A stretch of 64,000 nt of DNA from Octopus vulgaris (GCA_951406725.2 OX597819.1:33418001-33482000), one strand, 5' to 3'. Positions 27,801 through 42,372 are shown, counted from the first letter of the stretch. The notes: a model not told the origin generated them from the sequence alone. Program-made: numbers and translations.

Positions 27801-27861
27801 ACCCAACCATTTTTAGGCAATTTTTAATCCAATGCTTTTATAGCTAAATTCACTTCAATAA

Positions 27862-27916
<55 letters not shown>

Positions 27917-28014
27917 TACCCTGGACCTATGAAAGAAGAAATTTGACTTAAGTGCTGCCACCACCACTGCCACCACTACCATGTTACACCCAATTTCAAT
28001 AATTGGTCATGCTC

Positions 28015-28395
28015 CTACTCTTTTACTTGTTTCAGTCATTTGACTGCAGCCATGCTGGAGCACCACCTTTAGTCGAGGAAATTGACCCCAAGACTTATTC
28101 TTTGTACTTATTTTATTGGTTCTCTTTTTGCCGAACTGCTAAGTTATGGGGGACATAAATGCACCGGTATCATTTGTCAAGCGATGTTAGGGGAAAAACA
28201 CACACACACCAACACACACACATACATATACATATATACGATGGGCTTCTTTCAGTTTCCGTCTACCATATCCACTCACAAGGCTTTGGTCAGCCTGAGT
28301 CTGTAGTAGAAGACACTTGCCCAAGGTGCCACGTAGTGGGACTGAACCCAGAACCATGCGGTTTGTAAGCAAGCTACTTACCACACAGCCACTCC
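28015..28395 (-). mobile_element. SINE family A
   Basis: Full-length copy. Confidence 0.85.
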
Positions 28396-29654
28396 TAGTT
28401 AGTTCTTTGGAGTTACTGACCTCTTACCTGGATCAGCAGATCATGTCTTACTTGTATTATATTATTTTTAGCTTTCTATCTATGATTAAATGTCCTTCCT
28501 ATTACCAACCACTTTATAAAATATACTTGGTGCATTTTATCATAGTGCCAGCAGTAGAGTGGGTGTAATATTCTTTGCAAGACTAGTATTCCTCTCCAAC
28601 CTATGATGCCGACCACTTTAAAGGGTATACTGAGTGCATTTTATCAGGGTGCTAGCACTTGTGAGGTTGTCTTGAATTCCATAAGAATCCACACTGCACA
28701 AGCAGAGAGAGGTGGGGTTATAAAGGTTTGAGGGTGGAAAATGGAAGGAATGCAATGTGAGACAAATGAGTCAGAAAGTCATAGAAAATGGTAAACATGG
28801 GATGATGGAATTTAAAGGCTAGATGTGGGAGAGAAAGGAAAGAGAGGAACTAAGGTTAGGTGTAAGAGAGGGGAAGAGAGGAAAATGAAACTAAAGGTTA
28901 CATATAGGGGAGGGGAAGGGCAGGAGGTAGAGACAACAGGGAAAATGCAGAAGAGGGGGAAGAGGAGGACTGAACTACTGGGGCAGGGAGGATTTGGGAC
29001 AGGGAGTGAGGGACAGTCGGAACATATTTGATAATGAAAGAAGAAGAAGAAGAAGAAGAAGAAAAAGAAAAGGGGGTAATTCAAGTTGTTACTCTCTCAT
29101 GTATTAAACTGTTATATAGCAACAGCTAAATGAACACTGTTATACGACTGCGGTTATATAGGCCATCATTATATAACTTTGATGCATGACATCAATTATA
29201 TAACAATAACAAACAGCATAACAATGGTTATGAAACAGTGTTTATGTAATATCAGTGTTCAAGCAATGATATATAACAGTGTTATACAACAATGGTAACA
29301 GAGCATTGGTTATTTATGCAGTTATATAACAATGGACACATAAATAATTGTTGCATAAAAATGCTATTTAAGAACAAGCTATATAAGAATGGATCAGAAG
29401 ATGTAGCCAGGCATGTGAAGCATTGTTTGTGTGCTTATTTGTTTTTATCTTTTGTTTTTTATTTGTTTCGGTCATTTGACTGTGGCCATGCTGGGGCACC
29501 GCCTTGAAGGGTTTATGTCGAACAACTCAGATTTATTTTTTCATTTTAAGCCTAGTACTTATAATATTGGACTCTTTTCGCTAAATTATGGGGATGTAAA
29601 CACACTAACACTGCTTGTTAAGCAGTGGATGGACAAACAAAGATACATAATGTA

Positions 29655-29701
<47 letters not shown>

Positions 29702-29938
29702 ATACATGAGTTACTGGGGAACATAAAAAGCACTCTTTTTCAGTTTGTCATTCTCCGATACGAAAAAAATCCACAACCCTCCTCCTCAATAAACAACTCT
29801 TGTCCCTAAAAGTTGTTTTTCTTTTATATTTACTACAGATTGCTTGAAGCAAACTTTTTCTTACACCTCAATTCCAGGAGCTTACATTCGTATATATATA
29901 TATTTATACACACACACACATACGCACACATATACACA

Positions 29939-29998
<60 letters not shown>

Positions 29999-30065
29999 TA
30001 CATACATACATACATACATACATACATACATACATACACACATACATACATACATACACTAATTA

Positions 30066-30480
30066 CTCTTTTACTCTTTACTCTTTTACTTGTTTCAGTC
30101 ATTTGACTGCGGCTATGCTGGAGCACCGCCTTTAGTCAAGCAAATCGCCCCCGGGACTTATTCTTTGTAAGCCCAGTACTTATTCTGTCAGTCTCTTTTG
30201 CCGAACCGCTAAGTGACGGGGACGTAAACACACCAGCATCGGTTGTCAAGCAATGCTAGGGGGACAAACACAGACACACACACACACACACACATATATA
30301 CATATATACATATATACGACAAGCTTCTTTCAGTTTCCATCTACCAAATCCACTCACAAAGCATTGGTTGGCCCGGGGCTATAGCAGAAGACACTTGCCC
30401 AAGATGCCACGCAGTGGGACTGAACCCAGAACCATGTGGTTGGTTAGCAAGCTACTTACCACACAGCCACTCCTGCGCCT
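30066..30480 (-). mobile_element. SINE family A (young subfamily)
   Basis: Shares diagnostic variants (gcccagtact, aagtgacgggg, caatgctaggg, gcattgg) with the 35415 and 51778 copies; short TSD taattac. Confidence 0.9.
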
Positions 30481-31307
30481 AATTACGTATAATAGTTTTA
30501 TGCAATGGATGAGTAACAATGGTTAATAGGTATATCTTTTCAAGCAGCAAGAGATCATCATTGTCATCATCATTGTTGTCATATTATTGTGGTTGTCATC
30601 ATCATTGTCATTGTTTTAATGCCCACTGTTCCATGCTTGCACAGATCAAAGTTTTATTGAAGCAAATTCTTTTCCTACATCTGGATGCTCTTCCTGTTGT
30701 CAACCTTCACCTGTTTCCATACAAGTTAATGGTTTCCCCATGGCCAGTCACGATCTTGAAGAATACTGGAAATGAATGATACTGCTTGTATGACAGTGAC
30801 ACTCATTTTTACAACTATTATGCGATATCAAGATGAAGAGACACAAACATACAAACACCCACATCCAGATTCATCATCATCAGCATCATCATTTAATGTC
30901 TCTTTTCCATGTCGACATGGGCTGGATGGTTTGACAGGAGTTGGCAAGGCCAGGAATGACAGCTAGTCCCAAAGTCAGTTTTGGCATACTTTCAACAGCT
31001 GGATGCCCTTCCTAATGCCAACCACTTTACGGAGTGTACAGGGTACTTTTCACATGGTACCATCTCCAGTGCTTTCTTTTGTGTGGCTCTATCACCAGTG
31101 CTTTTTATATGGTACCAGCACCATATATAAACATGAAGGGCTTCTTTTCAGCTTCTGTCTATCAAATCAACTCACAGCGTTTTGGTCAGCACGGGGCTAT
31201 AGAAGAACATTTCCCTGTGCAGTGGCACTGAACCTGAAGCTATGTGGTTGGCAGCCAAACGTAACCATACAACTACCCCATGCACCAAGCAGATGTGTTT
31301 CACCATA

Positions 31308-31483
31308 TAGGCATAGGCTGTGTGGTAAGTAGGTTGCTTACGAACCACATGGTTCCAGGTTCAGTCCCACTGCATGGTACATTGGGCAAGTGTCTTCTCC
31401 TATAGCCTCAGGCTGACCAAAGCCTTGTGAGTAGACTTGGCAGACGGAAACTGGAAGAAGCCAGTCGTATATATGTATATGAG

Positions 31484-31521
<38 letters not shown>

Positions 31522-31782
31522 TGTATGCATGTATGTATGTATGAATGTATGTATGTATGTATGTACATATGTATGTGTGTGTGTGTATGTTTGTGCATCT
31601 GTGTTTGTCCCCTCAACATCGCTTGACAACTGATGTTGGTGTTTTTGCTTCCCCATAACTTTGCGGTTTGGCAAAAGAGACTGATAGAATAATTACTAGG
31701 CTAACAAGGAATATGTCCTGGGGTCGATTTGCTCGACTAAAGGCACACAGTCAAATGACTGAAACAAGTAAAAGAGTAAAAG
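31308..31782 (+). mobile_element. SINE family A
   Basis: Full-length + copy. Confidence 0.85.
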
Positions 31783-32814
31783 ATACTATCTCCCTAGCAA
31801 CAATATCCATGCAACTGAGTGGCCCTCATCGAGCACTACAGTGTAAAACTCCCCAAAATATAGCATCATATAATGCTTGTTGTTCAGCACAAGCACAGTG
31901 GCCAGCGAAGCCTACCTTGCACTCAGCAATAATAGAAAAAGGTGGATGGACAAGCTTGGAGAGCCAGTAACAAGCTTCAAAACATCTGGCAATCAAGTCC
32001 AAGGGTTAACTTCTTCTGGGTGTGTCTGTGGTGAGCATTCTTCTCTAAAGCTTGGACTATTAAGAAGGAGCCTGAGGATTGCTTTGATGGTGCATACACA
32101 AGACTTATGATGAGGGCTTCAGGCATGTATCTTATAGCATCAGTATAAGACCAAAGATGAGATTTATGAATTGTTATACAATAATGTTATATGAACAGTT
32201 TTAAAATAACGGTTATAAATAAGTTGTGTTCGTTCTGTGGGTTAACAAATAGAATAACTGACCAAACAACAATTCTTGTAATTGACTTAAGGTATATTAA
32301 GCAGGTCAATTTGATAGGAAAGGTAAAAAAAAATGAAAGGCATTTGATTATAAGTCAGTTGACCTTGATTAAAGCCAGTTGATCTTGATTAAGTAAGTAA
32401 GTCAATTGACCACAAGCAGGATTATAGAAACACTCAATATGCCATGTCACCTCACTACTAAGAGTACAGGAAACGTTCAGTCAGGTAACCTTAAAACAGG
32501 GAAAAGTAGCTGGAAGTCAACACAGTATGCTAAACCCTTTGAATAACATAGGGTGTACATGATTGTTGCTTGGTCAGTATTGATTGAACTGGCATCGTAT
32601 CAAAAATGTTCCAGATATGACAACCAACACTTCTTTTTTGTTTTTCAGGTTTCCCTTTCTTTCATAAAGTGGTAGAGTGTTATCTAAGAAAAATTTGACT
32701 GCTTTTTTTCTGATGTGTTGAATGACCACTTAGAAGTCCCTTTGTTCATAACATCACAAAGCTGGTACTTCTGTTCCCATAACTTAAAGTGAATGACAGG
32801 TAATATCTATATAT

Positions 32815-33123
32815 CACTGTGATCACCGTGACTGACCAGGCTATCTGATGTTGCTACACATCGCTGGTCACAATGCGCTTCACATTGTATTAGCCTTCAA
32901 ATGACACCACCCCGCTGGCTAAGCGAGCAGGCTAACAGAAGAAAGAATGAGAGAAAGTTGTGGCGAAAGAGTACAGCAGGGATCGCCACCGCTCTCTACT
33001 GGAGCCTTGTGGAGCATTAGGTACTTTAGTTCAATAAACACTCACAACGCCTGGTCTGGGAATCGAAACCACGATCCTACGACCGCGAGTCCGCTGCCCT
33101 AACCACTGGGCCATTGCACCTCC
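32815..33123 (-). mobile_element. SINE with family C head and a third tail type
   Basis: 5' ~180 bp match family C; 3' part differs. Confidence 0.75.
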
Positions 33124-33336
33124 ACATATTTATATATAACCTCCTGGATGTAGTTTACTATAAGTCACTTTCCTTGCACGTTCACCACAGCTACAAAACA
33201 CTCATTCTTAACATCACTACAAACAAAGGTGAACTTTATCACTCTGAAGTACCAAATTCCAATTATGGACGACTGATATTTCAATTAGTTGTCAGGTTCT
33301 TAGTAAACACAATCATCATAATAATAAAATAAATGC

Positions 33337-33580
33337 ACCCTTTTAAAGCCTAGCCAGGCTCATGGGCCCAGTTTCCCGGTTTCTATGATGTATGTGTTCC
33401 CCAGCTGGAGGGGATGCAAGTCCATCACAGCATTACTCATTTTTGCCAGCTGAGTGGACTGTAGCAACGTGAAATGAAGTGTTTTGCTCAAGAACACAAC
33501 GCGTCACCCGGTCCAGGAATTGAAACCACAATCTTATGATCATGATGCTGACAACCTAACCATTAAGACATGCACCTCCA
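33337..33580 (-). mobile_element. SINE with family B head and the alternative tail
   Basis: B-type head/core joined to a tail related to 24730-24830 and 1-110. Confidence 0.7.
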
Positions 33581-33607
33581 CAAACACAATCATAATTGGG
33601 AATGTAA

Positions 33608-33834
33608 TTAACCCTTTTGATACCAGCTCACCTGTGACTGCCCCTAGTTCTAAGACATAAATTTAAGGCCTTAAAGTGGTCTAAATTATAATTTTCCATC
33701 CAAATTTTATTATAACTTGTTTAAAACCCCAGCTTAACAATGAGAAATTCATTTTACGAAATTCTTCATTATCTTCAAAACTAATTGAAACATAATCAGT
33801 TTATGTCGTCAGAAATATGGTAACACAAGGTTAA
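33608..33834. mobile_element. TTAA-flanked MITE, family G
   Basis: ttaacccttttgatacc...ggtaacacaaggttaa; copies at 37382-37830 (reverse, with a SINE D insert) and 55607-55828. Confidence 0.7.
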
Positions 33835-34273
33835 AGAGTAACACAAGGTTAAAGAGTAACAAGGTTAAAGAGTGGACCTCAAAGTTCTACAAACACGTGG
33901 GTCTTTGTTCAATCTCTCTATACAGAATCTTGGGTAAGTGTCTTCTGCCAATGCTATGGATAAATCAAAGCCTTACAAAAATGAATTACAAGTCAGAAAC
34001 TGTGTAGAAGCCAGCATGAACTGGGAGCTTTGACAACTTAAACAGTAGATTATTTAGAAGTATGGGAATTCTTCCCTGTTTACATCAATGTATAGATGTA
34101 TCTGTGACACTCAACTCTCAAAATGGCCCAGTCCCCTTACTGTAAACAAGAGTCCAATTTCCTCTGTGTTTAAATTTGATTTCCAGAGGAAAACAGTAAC
34201 AAACCACTTTTGTAATTTGTCAGGAAAACCCTTGTTGACACCCAGAGACACTAAAGGGCTACCATATTTGATC

Positions 34274-34505
34274 AAGGCGGTGAGTTGGCAGAATCGTTAA
34301 CATGCCGGATGAAATGCGTAACCGTATTTCGTCTGCCGTTACGTTCTGAGTTCAAATTACGCCCAGGTCCACTTTGCCTTTCATCCTTTCGGGATCGATA
34401 AATTAAGTACCAGTTATGCACTGGGGTCGATGTAATCGACTTAATCCATTTTTCTGTCCTTGTTTGTCCCCTCTATGTTTAGCCCCTTGTGGGTAATAAA
34501 TAAAC
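34274..34505 (+). mobile_element. SINE family D
   Basis: TSD catatttgatc (34263-34273 / 34507-34517). Confidence 0.88.
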
Positions 34506-35414
34506 GCATATTTGATCTGATAGTTCCATCCATTCTAAGAAAATATTGGATACCAACTGGACTGTGACCACTACAAGATCCAGTCCTTGTTATGGTCTAG
34601 TGGCTTATATACTCCAAGGATTCTGATAGCTATGCCAGTGGAGTACAAATTCCTGGTAGGGTCTATCATACACAACAGATTAATAGACTGCTTCCCAGAG
34701 GTAAAAATGGGTTTGCATAGTGCTGTAACGGGATGAGAAGTCCCTGCACTGGAAGGGTACAGCTCGCATCCCTTACATCACAAGATAGCAGCTTGGGAGA
34801 GCTGATAAAATACGACCGTCTTGTTCAGCTGCTGGCATTCGAGAGCTATGCTGGAATGGACAGGATTTGGCTCACTCCACTTGACTACTGCAATAAGCTC
34901 CTAGGCTGCCGATTTGCCCAGAAAGAAGAAATGTATATATATATATTGTGAATCAAGAAATAAATATTTTATACTGTTGAAGTTAATCAGAAGTCTTGAC
35001 TCTTTCCTTCGATTAATATTTTAATGTAAAGGATGCAAGCTGAACCCTTCCAGTGTGGAGACCTCTCATCTTGTTACAGAGCCAACACCTCTACCTAGTT
35101 GCAGAAGCATCAATGACAATTCAAAGCCAAGACACGAGAGAGAGGAAGGCTTTAGGGAAACAAATGACATGGTACAGCAAAATCTGAGAGGAGGAAGAGA
35201 TGTAAAAGCAGAAATCCAACTGGAGAGAAGCCAAAAAATACAGCCTAGAACTAGGAACATTGGAGAAAAAGTTGTTGATAATCTATGCTTCATAGGAAGT
35301 AAAGGACTTAAGAAACCAACTAAATAACAGAAGTATGACTTGTCTCACATTAACTGAGAGAATCACTCATAAGATCAGTCTTAAACTAAATGACATCACG
35401 AGAGATACATTGAT

Positions 35415-35630
35415 TCTTTTACTCTTTTACTCTTTTACTTGTTTCAGTCATTTGACTGCGGCCATGCTGGAGCACCGCCTTTAGTCGAGCAAATCGACCC
35501 CGGGACTTATTCTTTGTAAGCCCAGTACTTATTCTATCGGTCTCTTTTGCCGAACTGCTAAGTGACGGGGACGTAAACACACCAGCATCGGTTGTCAAGC
35601 AATGCTAGGGGGACAAACACAGACACACAA

Positions 35631-35663
<33 letters not shown>

Positions 35664-35835
35664 CATATATACGACAGGCTTCTTTCAGTTTCCGTCTACC
35701 AAATCCACTCACAAGGCATTGGTTGGCCCAGGGCTATAGCAGAAGGCACTTGCCCAAGATGCCACGCAGTGGGACTGAACCTGGGACCATGTGGCTGGTA
35801 AGCAAGCTACTTACCACACAGCCACTCCTGCGCCT
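35415..35835 (-). mobile_element. SINE family A (young subfamily)
   Basis: Near-identical to the 30066 and 51778 copies. Confidence 0.9.
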
Positions 35836-36102
35836 ATGATTGTTGGTATAAGCTCAACATGTTTGATCAGCTGAGCAGTATCGAACTGCAAGTTCACTGA
35901 GTCAAAGATGACTTCATTTAACCAGTGTCAATATTACCACTACCACCACCACAACCACCACAACCATTGCTACCACTGCTGTAGCTTGATTATACACAAA
36001 TAAGATACCAATGATGTCACTAACCATGTGACCATAATTTGCCCCGTCAGCAATTACTGAACGATTTAACAACCACAACTTCAAAGTTGCCCTTGCCCCT
36101 CC

Positions 36103-36147
<45 letters not shown>

Positions 36148-36309
36148 TCTCTTTCTCTCTCTTTCTCCCTCTCTCTCTCTCTCTCTCCCTCTCTCTTTCT
36201 CTCTCTTTCTCACTCTCTCTCTCTCTCTCACACTTTCGCTATATATTTTTCTCCCCACTTTTATTAAATATATTAATTGAATCTCATAGACAACAAAAAT
36301 AGTAGTATC

Positions 36310-36577
36310 AGAAGTGGTGGTGGTGGTGGTGGTAGTGGTGGTGGTGGTGGTGGTGGTGGTGGTGGTGGTGGTGGCATAGTGGTGGTGGTTGTTATGATGG
36401 TTATTGTGGTAGTGGTGGTGGCAAGTAGCTGGTGGAGGCAGTAGTAGTAGTATTGATGGCAGTGGTGATAGTAGTAGTGGTGGTGGTTGTAGTAGTAGTA
36501 GGGTGGTGGTGATAGTTATGATGGTAGTGGTGATGGTAGTGGTGATGGTGGTTGTGATAGTAGTAGTGGTGGTGGTT

Positions 36578-36620
<43 letters not shown>

Positions 36621-36770
36621 GGTGATGGTGATAGTTATGATGGTAGTGGTGATGGTAGCGGTGATGGTGGTTGTGATAGTAGTAGTGGTGGTGGTTCTAA
36701 TAGTAGTTGAGGTGGTGATAGTTATAATGGTAATGGTAGTAGTGACAGTGTTGTTAGTAGTGGTGGTGGT
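36310..36770. repeat. (GGT/GTA)n compound microsatellite
   Basis: Visible tract. Confidence 0.95.
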
Positions 36771-37826
36771 GAAAACATTAGCTGTCAATCTGAGTTAATG
36801 AGTTAATGCTGGTTGTATAAAGGCATTTGGAATAAAAGTAAATAACCTTACACCAGGGTAGAGGTGGAGGGGGAAAGTCAAGAAAATAAAAGGGGGAAGA
36901 GGAGGAGAAGAAGGAGGAGGAGGAGTAACACAGCAACACATACTCATATTCATACAAAAAAAACCATATTCACCTTCCCCAAGCACACTAATGCACAGAG
37001 CAACGCATAACATCAATCCAAAATTGCCACACACATACAAACAGAATTTCACGCAAACACACATATATCAGCGCTGCTCCCATCCCACCACCATTATATG
37101 AACAGATATGAAACACTAACAAAAATATAAAACGGGGAAGGAGAAGCTTCAAAAATGTTGAAGGTAAATGGTAAAATGGTTTTTAAAGAATCAAAACATG
37201 TCTGTTACTCTCACCAGTTAAAGACAAGTTCCAGTTCAATTTGCATCAAATTTATTTTCCAAAAATTTCAATTATCTGATCTTAATTGAGTTACCACCCT
37301 TGCCTGTTGTTTTCAGAGTTTTTTTTTGTTACTAGTTATAGACTCTCATGTTGATTTTGACATATCAGCAGCCAGTTGTTTTTAACCCTTTTGTTACCAT
37401 ATATTTTTGAAATACACTGCCTTTGTTTCAGCTAATTTTTAAAATAATGGAGAATCTGTAAGAAAATTTTATTCTCCTTGAGCTTCTGTAAAGTGTCCAG
37501 ATAGCAGAATCGTTAAACACACAGGACAAAATGCTGTCTTTATGTTCTGTGTTTGAATTTCACCACAATTTTTTCAATTTTGTCAATTTTGTCTTTCATC
37601 CTTTTCGGGGTAGACGAAACAAGTACCACTTGAGCACTATAATCAACTTGACCCCTTCCCAAAATTTCAAACTTTGAACCTGTAGAAGAAAGGATTATTA
37701 AGTTGCAGTTTGGAACTTAAATTTACATAAAATTTTGAAGTAAGGTTTTAATCTAATTCCCTTTAAAACAAGTAGCTTGTATCACAGAACCAGAGATGGT
37801 CTAAAGTGCGTCAGTATTGAAGGTGT

Positions 37827-38056
37827 TAACCCTTCAGCATTTAAACCAGCCATATCTGGTCAAAATATTCTTCCTACTTTATGTTCCAACTGATCGCCAG
37901 ATCCAGTCTCTCACACCTACCTTACAATGTCATTTCTAAAAATAAGAAATCACATCATTGAAATCTCAAAGCTACAAGGTAATGCATGACTAATTCCAAT
38001 CAGTTTAAATAAATAAGCATTACACTTGACAGAGAAACCTGAACACTAAAGGGTTA
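37827..38056. mobile_element. MITE family F
   Basis: ttaacccttcagc...ctaaagggttaa; abuts a family G MITE and shares the TTAA site. Confidence 0.75.
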
Positions 38057-39419
38057 AACAACTGGACAAAGTGCTTATATAAATTAGAGCGCAAAGCGGT
38101 TGAATATTCCACAGAAATGTGTAAGCTTAAGCTTTTGACTCCATGAGTGCACTTTTGTGGGTACAATGTTTGGCCATACACCTTAAAGATGCAAAAGCAT
38201 GTAGCCACATAGTTTCCTGTGTACAGATCCCTAATTGGGGAAACCTCATTACTTTCAGATGTAAAAAGAACACAATATGGTTGTCTGGATTTGCATTTTT
38301 ACATGATATAGTCAAATGAAGTCATACCAGTTAAAGTGTATGTGTTGGGTTAAAGGGTTACTGTGATACAAGACTGGACCTTTACATTATAAGTACAGTG
38401 TATATAACACACTTTTGGTCAGTTTCTTATCATCATTTAATGTCTATTTTCCATGCTGGCGTGAGTGGTTTAATAGGAGCTGACAAGACTGGGAGTTGTG
38501 TCATGCTCAATAGTCTGTTTTGGCATGGTTTCTACAGCTGAATGCCTTTCCTAATGCCATCCACTTTACAGAGTGTACTGGGTGGTTTTTATTTGGCACC
38601 AGCACTAACAGGATCATCAAATACTTTGCAAGACAAAACCCCTTCACCCAAATTCACTTACAAGGCTGTGGCCAACCTGAAGTTATAGTAAAGATATTTA
38701 CTTAAGATATCATATGATGGAATTGAACCAAGGACATCATGATTACAAAAGGGAATTTCTTAGCATGTAGACACCACTATTTACTTAATACATGGATAAT
38801 CTCAGTTAAGAGCAGTTTCTTAACTCACTTTAACATTCAGATTATTCTGTTAAATGCACTGCTTTTTCATTCACATTGTTTTTTAATCAACCCTTTAGCA
38901 TTTAAAGCAGCCAAATACACCCCAAACATTCTGCCTGTTTTATGTTCAAACTAGCCAGATCAGGCCTCTCACACTTACTCTACAATGTCATTCTAAGAAT
39001 AAACAGCCCGTTACCAAAATCTCAAAACTAAAAGGTGATGCATGAAGAATATAAAAAGAATGTGAATAAGTAAGTATTAATTTGAGAGAGTTATGATTTT
39101 GATTTTGATTTTTCCAGTTTCAGCTAATGAGCTGTGGCCATGCTGGGGCACCGCCATCCGAATGTTAAAGAGCTAATCATGCATTATCTTGTAGCTTCGA
39201 AATCTGCATGATGTAATTGCATATTTTTAGAATGACATTGAAGAGTAGGTGTGATAGCCCAGATCTGGTTGGTTTGGGCATTAAAACAGGTAGCATATTT
39301 GGGCCAGATATGGTCAGTTTAAATGCTAATTTGAAAATTTAAAAAAAAAATATGTGCAACTCTACAATTAGAGTATTTAGTCAGCAGAACACCCTATGAG
39401 GTATTTTCGATCATATTAT

Positions 39420-40411
39420 TAGTGTGTGTGTGTATGTGTGTGTGTGTGTGTGTGTTTGTGTGTGTGTGAGTGTATATTTGTATATGTATGCATGTATATA
39501 TATATGTGTGTGTGTGTATACATATATATATACACACACACACACAGACACACACACACATATATGTACATAGGAGTGGAGGAGTGTGTGTATGTGTATC
39601 CATCAGTATGTGTGTATGTATTTATGTGTATGTGTGTGCGTTTAGATATGGATGTGTTTTATTTTGTGTATATACTTATGGAAGTGTATTCATGTATGAG
39701 TATTGTGGCACATCTGAATGTGAATGTATGTATGTGTATGTGCATGTATATATGTATGCGTGTGTGTCTGTCTGTATATGTGTGCATATGTACATGCATA
39801 TACATGTGTGCATTTGTGTATACGTGCATATATATTTGTGTTACAATTGCTTATTTCTGTGTTTTTTTTGCAGTTGTGTTGCTTTGTTGTTTTCTATTAT
39901 TACTTAGAAAGAGAGAGAGAGAGAGGGGGAGAGGAGGGAGAGAGAGGGAGAGACAGAGAGAAGGAGAGAGGAGAGGGAGAGGCAAACGTGGAGAGATAGA
40001 GACTTCTTGTGAGAAGAGAGGATGAGAAAAAAGAAGACAGAGGGATATAGACATGTAGTGAGGAGACACAGAGGGAGACAGAGAAAGAGACAGAGAGAGA
40101 GAGAGTGAAAGAGAGAGCGAGGGAGAGAGAGCAAGAGAGAGGCAGAGAAAGAGTGAGAGAAAGCAAGTGCATATATTGACAACATCAATAACTGGTAACA
40201 TCAAGAGCACTAACAGTGGTAATGCAATAATTTAGGGTATTAATAAGATGTGTGTTAGCAACAGTAGCATTAGCAGCAGCAGCAGCAGCAGCTGTAGCAA
40301 CAGTAGCAACAACATTAGCAGCAGCAACAAGGATGACAAGTCCCAGCAGTACAAGCCTCATGTTGCTCACCCACGATAATGTCGGTGATATGGTATTGAT
40401 GATGATGATGG

Positions 40412-40442
<31 letters not shown>

Positions 40443-41783
40443 GGTGGTGGTGGTGGTGGTTGTGATGATGATGATGATGAGAATGACGAATGTGATGACT
40501 ACGATAGTGATGACGAGGCTGCTGTTGCCACCACTGCTGCTGCTGGTGATGATAATGATGATGCTGATGATGCTGATAGTGGTGGTGGTGGTGGTGATGA
40601 TGATGACAGCAGTGGTGAGGATGTGATAATGGAAGACAATCATGATTATAGTGGTACTGACAGTGGTAATGATGATGATGGTGGTGGTGGTGGTGGTGGT
40701 GATAATGACTGTTAGTAATAATGATGCTGTTGCTGCTATTGCTGCTGCTGATGGTGGTGGTGGTGGTGGTGGTGGTGGTGGTGGTAATAGTGATGATGAT
40801 GATGGTGGTCGTGATGGTCGTCGTCGCTATCGTCGTAATGATGATAATGATGATGGTGATAATGATGATGGTGGTCGTCGTCGTCTTCGTCGTGGTAATG
40901 ATGATGATGGTAATGATGATGATGGTGATGATGATGATGATGATGGTAATGATGATGTTGATGGTGGTAATGATGATGTTGATGGTGGTAATGATGACGG
41001 TGGTGGTGGTGGTGGCAGTGGTATTAATGATGATGATGATGATGATTGTGATTGATAATGCCAATCATACTGGTGATGGTGGTGCTGATGATGATAATAA
41101 TGATGATAATGATGATGATGATGATGATGATGAAGATGATGGTGATCAGGACGACGGTGGTAATGATGATGATGACTGAGATGACAATAACGATGATGCA
41201 CAACAACAACAACAATAACAATAACAAGATGAGGTGATGTGTGATGATGTGGCAATTAAAAAGATGGGAAAGATAAAAGGAAATAATGAAAATAATGACT
41301 GATGGAGGGACAACAGGTAGGGTGGGGGAGAGACTGGAAGAGGATAGAAGAGGTTTGAGGAGTAGGAGTAGGAGTAGGTGTAGTAGCAGCAGCAGCAGTA
41401 GTAGTAGTAACTTGTGGTGGTGGTTGTACTTTGGTAATGTTAGTGGTGGTATTTGGGGTGGTTGTGGTAGAAACAGTAGTAGTAGTAGCAGTAGTAGTAG
41501 TAGCAGCAGCAGATGTAATAGTGGTGGTGCTCAATGTACTAATAATAGGAGTAGTGATAGTGATAGTAACAATGATAGAAGTAGTAGCAGCAGTAGCAAC
41601 AGCAGCAACAAAAGTAGTAGTAGTAGTAGTAGTAGTGAATGAATGGGGTTAATAGGATATGGGGGTGGTGAAGAGGCAGTGATAGATGTGGGGGTAGTGG
41701 AATGTGAGAGTTACAAGTCAGCAGTAGTGGTTGTGGTGATAATGGGGGTGGGATAAGGGAATGGTGGTGGTAACTAAGGTAGG

Positions 41784-41854
<71 letters not shown>

Positions 41855-41900
41855 TAATAATAATGATAATAATTCTAATAACAACGATGATGATGATGGT
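39420..41900. repeat. Large compound microsatellite block (TG, GA, GCA, GAT, GGT, AAT)
   Basis: Successive simple-repeat tracts. Confidence 0.95.
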
Positions 41901-42139
41901 GTCTTGGCTGGCAATCCATCTAGTGCAGCTATACTGTCTTAGTAAGCAGGTGCAAATCACAATGAACTTTCTAGGGAACAAGTAACCCTTTTTCAACCAA
42001 CTCATTCTTATGATGATGAAAGAAAAAAATAATAATGAAGCCAGAAACTGCTAAGGATATGGGACTGTTGAAGAGAATCCCAAAACGGTAACTGGGATAC
42101 CTGCGGATACCAAAACGGTAACTGGAATACCTGTGGAAT

Positions 42140-42372
42140 AAGGCAGTGAGCTGGCAGAAACGTTAGCACGCTGGGCGAATTGCTTTGCGGTATTTCGCCT
42201 GCCGCTACGTTCTGAGTTCAAATTCCGCCGAGGTCGACTTTGCCTTTCATCCTTTCGGGGTCGATAAAATAAGTAGCAGTTAAGCACTGGGGTCGATATA
42301 ATCGACTTAATCCGTTTGTCTGTCCTTGTTTGTCCTCTCTGTGTTTAGCCCCTTGTGGGTAGTAAAGAAATA
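42140..42372 (+). mobile_element. SINE family D
   Basis: 20-bp TSD ggtaactggaatacctgtgg (42117-42136 / 42373-42392). Confidence 0.88.

Noticed and set aside
39426-42005. Many 90-250 aa ORFs
   Set aside because: All derive from di- and trinucleotide repeats.
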